A program made the position numbers and the translations under genes. Positions 23,870-34,713 of a stretch of 64,000 bases of DNA are shown piece by piece. This stretch comes from Callorhinchus milii. Lineage: Eukaryota. Location of the stretch: contig NW_024704742.1 in NCBI RefSeq assembly GCF_018977255.1, positions 134,108,001-134,172,000 on the forward strand, in the 5' to 3' direction. How positions within the stretch are numbered: the first letter of the stretch is position 1; each line of letters begins with the position of its first letter. The notes below the pieces were generated by a model. That model made no database searches. It saw only the letters and a program-made list of their open reading frames with translations, and was not told the origin of the DNA.

Positions 23870-24255
23870 CTGGCCTTGCTCATTCCTACCTCTTTGACCT
23901 GCTAACGCCTTATCAACCTGCCCGATCCTTCCCTACATCAGGCTTCAGCCTGTCCCCACCCAGTCCGTCCCACTATTAGCAGTCAGGCCTTCAGCCACTC
24001 TGCCCCCACCCTTTGGAATTCCATCCCACAGTCCCTTCACCTCACTTCCTCCCTTGCCTCCCTCAAGACACATCTCAAGACACTCATCTTCGACCGTGCC
24101 TTCAGCTACCCTCCTATCCATACCTTCCCTGCCCTCCACTGCCTCCCACTCTAATACCATGTCCCTGCTTGGATCCAAATTCCTGACTTTCCAGCTCCAT
24201 GGGATGTCCTACTGATGTAAAAGGCGCTATACAAGTGTAATTAGCTGTTGTTGAA
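23870..24255 (+). mobile_element. L2 LINE 3' fragment inserted in a copy of the unclassified repeat
   Basis: ggccttcagccactctgcccccaccctttggaattccatccc..aaaggcgctatacaagt. Confidence 0.8.
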
Positions 24256-25200
24256 GTCCCGGTAGTTTGCATAGCTTGCCATTGATATCGCTGTCTTGCA
24301 AGTTTTCCTGCTTGTCGAGCTAGGACCACCCTACCCGATAGGGCTTTAGCTTGCAGGGTTAACAGGAGCTGAGTCGGAGGATTCTCTGCCCCCAGTGACT
24401 GGTCTGCCCTTCCAAGTCCTGCTGATGAGCCAGTCTGGCTGTGCTGTCAGCAGTGCCCTGGAATATGCAACAGGCATTATGGTGTACATCAGTCTACATC
24501 AATTAGCTTGATCTCTTCAAGGCAAGTCTCAAATCCAATATGTTCGCAACAATCTTTGCTGTAATTGTATTTTTTGTGCTATGATTCAGTAGGCAGATGA
24601 TACAGGACATAATATACAAATGGCAGTTGTAATCATACAGAAGTGATGATACGTTATGTTTGCTTGGATTCTACACAAAAGGTTTAGACGTACTGTACAC
24701 AAAAGATATTAAGTTAAGTCCTCATTAGGCTAGCACATGACAGATAGTCTTCCTTCTCATGCGTCCACGCTGAAAATAACATAAAGATTCATAACTGTCA
24801 CAGTAACATCCTGGAAGAAGCAATGTAGGAAAATTATTGTCATTGAGGCAGACTCCATAAAATCTTTCAAACAGGGATTTAGATAGGTGTTTGAAAAAAG
24901 ATACTGTAAAAGCTACATAAACTTATAATAATAACAACTTGCTTGCATTGATATAGCAATTCTTACTTTTGATATAACATTTTGTCACATCATTGAGACA
25001 TCTCAAAGCACTTCACAGAATATATTGTGATATATTGTGAAGTGGATTGACTGTATATCTTGTGGCAATCACAGCAACCAATTGTGCACAGCAGTGTCCC
25101 CCAAACAGTCATTTTGTTTTCTTTTTTGGAGGGATCACTGGTAAGACCGCAGGTAGAATATTGTGTCTGGTATTGGTCACCCCACTTTAGGAAAGACGTT

Positions 25201-25532
25201 AATAATAATAATAATAATAATAATCCTTGCATTTGATATAGCGCTTTTCACGTCGAGAGGACGTCCCAAAGCGCTTCACAGAACACACTGTAAAGTGAAT
25301 TGACTGTATATTTGTGGGCGAACGCGGCAGCCAATTGCGCACTGCAATGTCCCACAAACAGTCGTAGATTGAAAATGACCAATTTATTATTGTTTTTGGT
25401 TTTTGGAGGGATTATTATTAGGCTCTGTGTGGAGTAAGGAAACTTGCCCAAGGTTTCGCCCTCTGCCTGGAATTGGACTCAGGTCTCTCGCTTGCAAAGC
25501 GAGTGCTCTAACCACTGAGCTACAGGACTCCA
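25201..25532 (-). mobile_element. tRNA-derived SINE, young subfamily, nested in a CR1 fragment (about 25150-25900, +)
   Basis: The left flank encodes EYCVWYWSPHFRKDV and the right flank resumes DVKSIE; candidate TSD agacgttaa/agatgttaa. Confidence 0.92.
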
Positions 25533-25904
25533 CGATAGATGTTAAGTCAATAGAGATGGTTTGCTAGGATAATACCGGGGATGAGTCGGTTGGCCTGTGA
25601 GCAGAGACAGGAGGAATTGGGACTTTTTCCAATGGAACAAAGGAAGTTATGGGGATTTGAAATATTGCTGTTGTCTATTGACAGGAAGTCCTGGCTCCAA
25701 GAGACTATGAAGGGTTTGATAGAGAGACATTATTTCCCTGGTCGTTGAGTTAGTGACTAGAGGGCATCAATTTAAGATAGTTAGAAAATGAGCAAATGGT
25801 GAAGTTAGGAGATTTTTTTTTAATGCACAGAGTAATAGTTGAGGCAGAATCCGTATTAGTTTTCAAAGGGGAATTAGACAGATGTCTAAAAGGAGTAACT
25901 ACAG

Positions 25905-26180
25905 GACATTTTGTGGGCAAAACACATCAGCCAATTGTGCACAGCAGTGTCCCACAAACAGTCGCGGATTGAAGTGACCAATTTTTTTTTTAAGGAATTA
26001 TTATCCCCGAAAAAGCAATCCGCCAATCGACTAACAACTGGGTTCCTATTTACTGCTAGGTGAACAGAGGCGTGTGTATTAAGGAACCTTGGCCAACAAT
26101 TTGCTTTGCCCGACCGGGAATCGAACCCAGGTCTCTCGCTTGTGAGGCGAGCGCTCTAACCACGGAGCTACAGGACTCCA
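25905..26180 (-). mobile_element. tRNA-derived SINE
   Basis: Head GGAGTCCTGTAGCTCCGTGGTTAGAGCGCTCG..GGTTCGATTCCCGG. Confidence 0.85.
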
Positions 26181-27694
26181 CTAGGTGAGCTTCAAGTCCC
26201 AACGTGGGTCTCAAACCCACAACCTTCTGCCTCAGAGATGAGAGTGCTACCAATTGGCCAGAACACAGGGAGAAACTCCCATCTCTTTTTGAATAGTGCC
26301 GTAGGATCTTTGACATACACCAGAACAGACTGACAGGGCCTCAGTTTAATATCTCATCTAAATGATAATTAATAAGGATACGTAAAAAGAAGACATTCTG
26401 GATTGAGGAGGTACTGCTTTGTCTCTAAACTGTGCCATTTCTCATCCATTAATAAAAACAAAGCACATCTGTTGCAGTTCACAAAAATAATTTACGACCT
26501 CATAGATTTTCTGATTTATTCCAGAATTTACTGATGAATTTAAATATTACATTAATTCTACATTCACTTTTAATAATTATATTTCTTTTAATATACCACC
26601 ACATCACATCGTCAAAACATCTCAAAGCAATCCACAGAATTTTATTTTGTTGTGAAGTATAGTGACGCTCTCTGCAACTTGACTTGCAGTCTGACTCACT
26701 TCCTCCCTCTTATTTTTCAAGGCACGTCTCAACATGTACACGCTTTAGGTCATCTTTCAATTCCACTCCAACCCCCCGTGTCATCTCCCTCCTCAGATAC
26801 GGTGCCCGGTAAGAATTGTCAAGTGCTTTCGGACGTCCTCCCGATGTGAAAGGTGCTATATAAGTGTAAAGTGTATTGTACTTGTTTTCTGTAGGCGAAA
26901 ACAGCAGCCAATTTGCGCACGGCGATATTCCATGAATGGCCATGAACCCGAATGGCTAATTTTATCTGCGGCATTGTTGGCCGGGGCACTGAGAGAATCT
27001 AGAAAGGAGAGCAAGATGGAGCGATGGTGGAAGTGAGTCAGTAACACTGAAGCTTAAAGTTCGGCCACTGATGGTGACGCGGATGGATATTGTTATTGTT
27101 ATGATAATTTCACGAGATCCTTTAGCTGCTAATCATCCAACTCATTACTCCTGGTATGACGTGGGCTCAACTGCAAACGTCGCAGAGGCTCAGTGTAAAA
27201 CTAAGATAAGATGGCAACTTTGAAGCCGTGCGTTGCTTATTTTCTTATTTTTACCACAAGCATCCATTCCTGATCACCGAGTGAGAGATGAAAGGCATCC
27301 TGTACCTTTCAAACGTCCTTTGCTTAAAAACCTTTGAACACATTTCGCTCTTATTTGCTGGTGAATTCATTGATATTTTAGTTCTTGGTTCCCTTTCTCT
27401 CCCCCCATTCCATCCCCCCCACCTCCCCAGCAAGAAATATCGGACCCTTTGCCCTCCTCTGCCAACCCCAAAGGTTAATTGCAGTGCATGTCTAAAAGAG
27501 AGGAAATATTAATAACCTTTGCCATTCATACAGCGCATTACCACATTGTTAAGATGTCTCAAAGCACTTCACAGAATATACGGTAAAGTGAATTACTATG
27601 TATTTTGTGAGTGAAAATTGCACACAGTGGTGTCCATCAAACAGCCATGGATTGAGTAATGAAATTATTATTATATTTTATGACAATAATACTT

Positions 27695-27970
27695 TCATTT
27701 GATATAGCGTCTTTTACATCTTCCAGACGTCTCCAAGCTCTTCACAGAATATACTGTAAAGTGAATTGCCTGTATATTTGTGGGCGAAACACGGCAGCCA
27801 ATTGAGCACAGCAGTGTCCCACAAACAGTCATGGATTGAAGTGACCAATTTATTATTGGTTTATTTTCTTGAGGGATTATTATCAGGCGTGTGGTGTAAG
27901 GAAACTTGCCTATAGTTTCGCCTTGCCCAGGAATCGAGGCGAATGTTCTAACCAATACGCGACAGGTCTT
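27695..27970 (-). mobile_element. tRNA-derived SINE
   Basis: Family body and tail; head partly deleted. Confidence 0.8.
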
Positions 27971-28609
27971 TCTTATGAGTTGAGATGAAATGTCAACTCA
28001 TTCCACAGGTCTCCTTGACAAGCATTCTCCTGCCTCAAGGCTGCTGCTGAACTTAAGACCTGACTTGAGCGGATGGGATTCACGGACCATTCGACTGGAC
28101 AGATTTTTTTTGTCAAAAATTTTTGTCAAAATTACTTATAACTATAATATTTGGCACAACAGAAATCCCAAACAAGCACAATGTACAGTAACCTCTGTTC
28201 CATTTTTCCCTTTCTTCTGATACAAAACCATTCCGTTCTTTACGTTACATTCCTTCATCGCCCATAGGTTGTGCACACTTTTTTGGGGGACTCTCCCTTT
28301 AAACAGTCAGGAGTCACCCCTGTGTGCACCACATCCATGTGTGCACCACATCCATGTGCCCGCGCACACCCTGATAAGGCGTACTTGCCGCTTTCGTTAG
28401 GTGCCCCGATGTGCACCGTATACGCACATGTTTAACGTACGTGCATTTTTGGGATGTTCTTTGGTGACATCTCGAGAGACCTTCTGTACCATTCGACTGG
28501 CAGATCTGAATGCTACCCATTTCCCACCTTTCACTCAATGCCTCCACACCTTCAAACCATATTTACCTTCCCAGCTCATTGACTTCTCTCTTCTGATACA
28601 TTAAAATAC

Positions 28610-29025
28610 ATTAGAATATACAGGACAGAAACAGGCCATTTGTCCCAACTGGTCTATGTCGGTGTTTATACTCCACATGAGCCTCCTCCTGCCCTTCCTC
28701 AACTAAGTCTTCAAGCATAACCTTCTAATCCTTTCTCCCTCATGTACCTATTTAGCTTTCCCTTTAATACATCTATGCTATTTGCCTCAGCAACTCCTTG
28801 TGGTAGCACGTTCCACATTCCCACTACTCTCTGTGTGAGGAAATTTCTTCTAACTTCCCTATTTGATCTATTTGTGACTATTTTATATTGATGGTTCCTG
28901 ATTTTGGTCTCCCCCACATCTTCCCTATGTCTATCCTATCAAAATCTTTCATCATTTTAAAGACCTCCATCAAGAAAAATAGAGTCCAAGTATGTTCAGC
29001 CTTTCCTGATAGGTATAAACTCTCA
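28610..29025 (-). mobile_element. CR1 LINE 3' fragment
   Basis: ORF 28711-28917 (IRNHQYKI..RRNFLTQRVVGMWNVLPQGVAEANSIDVLKGKLNRYM) is a CR1 ORF2 C-terminus. Confidence 0.88.
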
Positions 29026-29659
29026 GTTGGTGTTACCTTAGATTAAAAGTGCACAATTTCTACCCACACATGCAAATGCAAAGAACACCTTCAGAATATA
29101 CATTATTTGTAAGCCCGAGTTGTCTTGTAATGAAGGCAATGGACATTCAATCACTTAGATACCCACCAACGCACCCCACCCCACCCCCCACCACACCACA
29201 ACCACCATCCCCCAGGATTTGTGGTGTTAAACTTGTTCTGAATGTTCTCACTCGGAAGGCAGGTTGACACAGTGGGAGGTGTGGGAGGCTGAAAGCAGAT
29301 GAGTGTTCTTGAGGGAAACTGAGTCAAAGTGTTGGGAGTTTAACACAACTTTCTCCAAAGTGGCTGCTCTGTCCCCAGAAGCCATGTTGTGCTTTTTTTT
29401 ATGATCCTGCTGCGTGTAACAGAATGCTTTAACCTTTGCGATTTCACACTTGATTCCTTGGCTACTCTGACTCTTGTATAGGTTCTGTGTTAACCTGGCT
29501 CAGTTGGTTGCATTCTTGCCTGAGTCAAAAAGTTGTGTTTACCCACAAAGAGTACAGTCACTGCATTTTCTTGTGTGTCCTGTGAAGTGCTTTAAAACGC
29601 TCCAAGAAGCTGCCCTACGTGAAGGGCGCTATATAAATGCAAGTTGTTGTTGTTAGTTG

Positions 29660-30515
29660 TCCCACTAAACATATTTTGTCCTCCCCTCTCAGCATTCTGA
29701 AGGGACCGTTCCCTCCGTGACTCCCTGGTTCATTCCTTCATCACCACCAACAGTTACTCTCCTCTCACCGGCACCTTCCCACGCAGCGCAGGAGATGCAA
29801 TACCTGCCCTTTCACCTCCTCCCACTCCACTGTCCAGGGTTCAAAACACAGATTTCAAGTGAGACAGCGATTTACATATACTACCACCAATGTAGTTTAC
29901 TGCATTCGCTGCTCACGATGTGGTCGCCTCTACAGTGGGGAGACGCAATACAGATTGGGCGAATGATTTGTCAACACCTCCGTTCTGTCCGCAAGTACAA
30001 CCCTGAGCTTCCGGTTTCTTCCCATTTCAACTCTCCCTCCCACTCGCATTCTGACTTCTCCATCCATGGTCTCCTACGTTGTTCCAATCAGACACAGCAC
30101 AAGCTCGAGGAACAGCACCTCATTTATCTGCTAGGGACCTTACAGCCCTCTAGCCTCAATATTGATTTCAACAATTTCAGACCATCACAGCTCTCCTTCC
30201 CCCTCACCCTCTTCTGTGACGATTAGCACGTTATGGCTCCCAAACACACTTTTTCTCTTTCTGATCTGCCTATTTCGTTGCAATTTTTCCCCCCCTTTAT
30301 TTGCTTTAACCCGTCATCCCCTGTCCTCTACCTAATTTTCTTCTTCGTCTTCCTTGCCCTGCCTCCCCCCTCTCTGTTAGCCCTTAAAAGCCTCTCCCTT
30401 CCAAAATGCCCCAGTTCTGACAAAGGGTCGTGGACCCGAAACGTTGACTCACTTTCCTTTCTCCATAGATGCTGCCTGACCTGCTGAATGTTCCCAGCGA
30501 CTTCTGTTTTTGTTG
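29660..30515 (+). mobile_element. Penelope-like element 3' remnant (GIY-YIG endonuclease plus terminal repeat region)
   Basis: Frameshifted NVVYCIRCSRC..Y.GE, then HLRSVRK..PVSSHFNSPSHS..KLEEQHLIYLLGTLQPSSLN; the 3' region carries a hammerhead-like core. Confidence 0.88.
30413..30449 (+). ncRNA. Degenerate minimal hammerhead-ribozyme-like motif (Penelope-associated)
   Basis: agtt-CTGACAA-a-gggtc(gtg)gaccc-GAAA-cgtt-gact; one mismatch to the CUGANGA core. Confidence 0.55.
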
Positions 30516-30597
30516 TTATTGTTGCTTTGGGACATCCTACTGTCGTGATGGCACTATACCAAAGGTAATGATTATTATTAAGATGATTAGATCATGC

Positions 30598-30912
30598 AAT
30601 GCTGGGGGTGTGTTCCAGTGTCGGAGATGCTGTGTGTTGGATGAGACGTTAAACCGTGGTCCAATCTGCCTATTCAGGTGAATGTTAAAGATACCCTGCC
30701 ACTATTCAAAAAGAGAATAGTGTCTCCTGGTGTCCCTCAAAATAAAAAAAATTGGTCACTCACTCCATGGCTGTTTGTGAGACATTGCTGTGTGCAACTG
30801 GCTGCCATATTTTGCGGCCAGATACACACTCAATCCAGTATATTCTGTGAAGCACTTTGAGACATCTCAAAGATGTGATAAGGCGCTACATCAAATGCAA
30901 AGATTATCATTA
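30598..30912 (+). mobile_element. Deu-domain SINE, headless
   Basis: ggatgagacgttaaaccg..ttcaggtgaatgttaaagat..ggctgtttgtgagacattgctgtgtgc. Confidence 0.8.
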
Positions 30913-32577
30913 TCCAAACCACTGGTGATCTTGTGTCTGGTTGCTTGTATTAAGTGGGGTGTAACGTGTTGGAGGCAATGGAGACAATGGAGATAGCCCA
31001 AGCCAAACTCTTTGCACTTCATTGACATCACTCTGTCTTCTCAGAAGCTAATGTGTCAACTCAGTGAGGTAGAGGGTCGACAGAAGAAAAGACGTTTAAT
31101 AGTTTTAGAAAGTTTCTCATCAAAGTGAAATCGAAGAGTCTGTCAGAGTAATCATTGTGTCTTTCACAGTTCAGAACAGTCAAAGAAACATTGGAAATTG
31201 ATGCAATTGAAATTATTCACCACTTATTTAAATGCACAAAAGGCAGATATTTCAGAACATGTCGAGCGAGGCTTCAGGGGACAATGCAAATAACAAAACG
31301 ACTTTAATTGCCTTATGCAAAATCACTGTGGAAGACAAAGACCTTAAGTACTGTAGGGTTGAGTTTTTTGCTGAGTACTAATACTAATCCTTTGATATAG
31401 CAGCTTGACCACATTGAGAACATCTCAAACAGCCTTATCACATCTTCGAAACGTCTCAAAGGATTTTTACTGTGAAATGCAGTGACTATTCGTAGGCGAA
31501 CGTGACAGCCAATTTGCACTCGGGCAATGTCTCACCAACAGCCATGAAGTGAATGATCAATTTTATTTGGGGGATTGTTGACAAAGGTCAGTGAGAGAAA
31601 CTCCTTTCTCTTTTCCAATAGTGTCATGTAGCTCTTTAGCATCGACCTGCAAGGGCAGATGGGACCACGAGTTTTACATCTCATCAAAAGGACAATGCCT
31701 CTGATCTCATCCCTCCAGAATACCTGCTTTACAATCCCCCATCACGGCATCAAGCTACTTTTAAAAACGAGTCTCAGTATCCTGGCCTCAACCACCCTTT
31801 CTGTTGGTGTTCCAGTCATTAAATACATAAATCATCCTCTCTATAATCTGCTGTAACATAACCCCCCCCCCCCCCACCTCCGTGACTCCCAAAGGTACTG
31901 TTTCTCAACAACGACAACTTGCATTTATGTAGCGCCCTTTAAGTGGGGTAGCGTCTCGGAGCGCTTAACAATGGCAGAGCTTGAAACCGAGCTGGGGAGG
32001 AAGGAAAGGAAGATATTTCTCCTGCGCAGAGGAGCTAGCAAGCCAGCTCGTGAAATTCACAGAACGTTGAAGTCCCAGACCGTTAAAGATGTCGATCTAA
32101 GCTGCTTCAGAGCATCTTAAAGTGTATACAACTCTTTCTCGGACAGAATTGTATAACGTTTCCATGGAAACCTGAGGTCCTACTGCAAGCAGCCTCTTTT
32201 AACTGATGCGCACCGTAAACTGGATTGAAATGTTGGAAGCACCGAATTCCAAACGAGCCGTTTAAAGCACCGTACAAATGAGCCTGAGAGGGAACGTATT
32301 TGTTCCTGACACATTGAAACAGTTCATCTACAAACAGGCGACAGCCTGGCTCAGTTGGTAGCACTCTCACCTGTGCGTCAGTAGATTGTGCGTTCAAAAC
32401 GCACACCTGGACTTTGACCTCACATAGGATATAGTGCTGGGGGACTCTTGCATTGTACCACATTCTCTTCACCCTCTGTGTGAAGAAGTTCCTCCTAAAA
32501 TCTCTTTTAGATGTGTTGTTACTAGCTATCTAACACTAATACTTGCACCCTCTCACTTTGGACTCACCATCAATTGC

Positions 32578-32896
32578 GGAGTCCTGTAGCTCAGGGGTTA
32601 GAGCACTCGCTTTGCAAGTGAGAGACCTGAGTTCAATTCCAGGCAGAGGGCGAAACCTCGGGCAAGTTTCCTTACTCCACACAGAGCCTAATAATAATCC
32701 CTCCAAAACCCAAAACAATGATAAATTGGTCATTTTCAATCGACGACTGTTTGTGGGACATTGCTGTGCGCAATTGACTGCCGCGTTCGCCCACAAATAT
32801 ACAGTCAATTCACTTTACAATGTGTTCTGTGAAGCGCTTTGGGACGTCCTCCCGACGTGAAAAGCGCCATATCAAATGCAAGGATTATTATTATTA
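32578..32896 (+). mobile_element. tRNA-derived SINE, young subfamily, full length
   Basis: Closely matches 11801-12121. Confidence 0.93.
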
Positions 32897-33489
32897 ATAC
32901 AGTACAAATTAATGTTTATATAGGCCTTCAGGTCGGGATGACATCCTGAAATGCTGCACAGTCCAGGGTTACGTACTTGAGCTGAGGTTAGGATTGAGGG
33001 AGTGGAGGGAAAGATGGTCAAAAGTGTGTTCAGAGTATGGTCTTGAGTCGGACCTTGAAGGAGGCAAGGGAAGGGGCGAGACGAGGAGATAACAGGATGG
33101 AGTTGTAGAGAGCGGGGGCAGTGAAGTCTTGAGTGGAGACTTGAAGAACAGCAGCAATGGAACAAGGGGAAACAGCGTCCTCTCATCCACCTCATCAAAC
33201 CCTTCACAATGTTACCAACCTCTATCTGCTCTATGATTTGTGATTTATTGATACTGAGGGATTGAAGATTTTTGACACCTGCTTTGTCACAGAGTGAGCC
33301 ACCAACAGTGTGGCCTCTTGTGTAACCACAGAGTCTAACAATTGCTAAAAATGATCTGCGTGTAGGACACAGTGTAGCTGACTGACAAGACAAAGAGAAA
33401 TAGGGACGTGGATTGAATGTAAATGATAATCTCTGCTTTGCTGTCAATGACTTTGAATAAGTGGAATAATGCTTACGGGTGAACAAAAC

Positions 33490-33860
33490 ATATAATAAGA
33501 ATTGGGAAGTCGCTGGGAACACTCAGCAGGTCAGGCAGCACCAGAGGAGAAAGGAAAGTGAGTCGAAGTTTTGGGTCCACGATCTTTCTTCAGAACTGGG
33601 GCATGTTGGGAGGGAGAGGCTTTTAAGGGCTAACAGGTGGGGGGGTGGGGGCAGGGCAAGGAAGACAAGGGAAAAATGGGGTAAAGGACAAACGATGATG
33701 GGTTAAAGAGGTGTTAATGATGCAAAACAGAGGGAGGAATTGCAACAAAATAGGCAGACCAGAGAGAGTAAAGGTATGTCTGGGACCCAATTGATGCATT
33801 GGTCACAGAAGAGGGGGAGGGAAGGTGAGCTGTTATGGTCTGAACCTTATTATTTCAATA
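33490..33860 (-). mobile_element. Penelope-like element terminal fragment
   Basis: Reverse complement of about 30160-30515, including the hammerhead-like core at 33561-33597. Confidence 0.82.
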
Positions 33861-34075
33861 ATTTGATTAGATAGAGCACCTTTCAGCATCTTGAGATGTC
33901 CTCCTTTGGCAGCCAAACATGCGCTCAGTAATGTTCCCCCAAAGAGCCGTGAAGTTAATTGTAATGAAATATAAATTTAATGACTTTTTGAATTGATACA
34001 ATTAAAACAGAAAAGTACAGTTCATTCTGCGTAATATTTTAAATAATAAAAAAATTATTCCCTTTCAACGTAATT

Positions 34076-34618
34076 GGAATACTGTGTGCAATTCTGGTCG
34101 CTGCAGTGCAAAAAGGATATTGCAGCAATTGAGAGAGCACAGACCAGGTAACTAAAATAATTGAGGTGATGAAGGAACTGGACTATGGGGAGTGATTAGG
34201 TAAACTGGGCATCACACTGGAAAAGAGAAGGTTGAGAAGCGATATGATGGCATTTTGTAAGACTTTAAAGCGATTGGATAATGTAGAGCATGATAAGCTG
34301 CTTTATCTTGTACTGAACAGTAGAACCAGAGGACACAGCCTGCGATTGAAGGGGGTAAATTCAAAACAAATTGCAGAAACACTCCTTCAGTGAGCGAGTA
34401 AAATAAATCTATGGAACAGGCTCTCTAGGCAGATGGTGGGAGTAAGAAAGTGTTGATTTCTTTCAAGAGCAAATTGGATCGATTTCTTTTAGGAAATCAT
34501 TTCTTGGGATACAGTTTATAGTTTGGGACATGACATGTGCAATGTCTGCCAGGATGGCGGAAGGCCAACTGGGTGAACCTTGGTCTTCTTCCTTCAATCA
34601 AATTCTTATGTTCTTATG
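34076..34618 (+). mobile_element. CR1 LINE 3' fragment, antisense to and overlapping the OACYL stop codon
   Basis: EYCVQFWS..KKDIAAIERAQ..LEKRRLRSDM..RTRGH..; ends aattcttatgttcttatg. Confidence 0.9.
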
Positions 34619-34713
34619 TGTCTTCTTAATGCTTGAATTGGGATTTCGACAAGAACACACAGTGCGAACCCAGCAGCGTGTGTCAAAACCGTGTGGCCAA
34701 TAAAGAGATAAAA
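34606..34713 (-). CDS. OACYL: OACYL exon 15 (terminal coding exon)
   Basis: ccctgcag|[35 protein letters not shown]; the TAA lies within a CR1 tail repeat. Confidence 0.9.
   Translation of the reverse strand, partial: FYLFIGHTVLTHAAGFALCVLVEIPIQALRRHIRT

Noticed and set aside
24422..24445. CTGATGA followed by a hairpin (gccag-t-ctggc) as a possible hammerhead
   Set aside because: No GAAA follows the stem, and the motif is not conserved in other copies of the repeat.
32872..33522. 216-aa minus-strand ORF downstream of OACYL
   Set aside because: It is a patchwork of Penelope, L2 and SINE fragments and unique sequence with no recognisable domain; the true last exon is 34713-34606.
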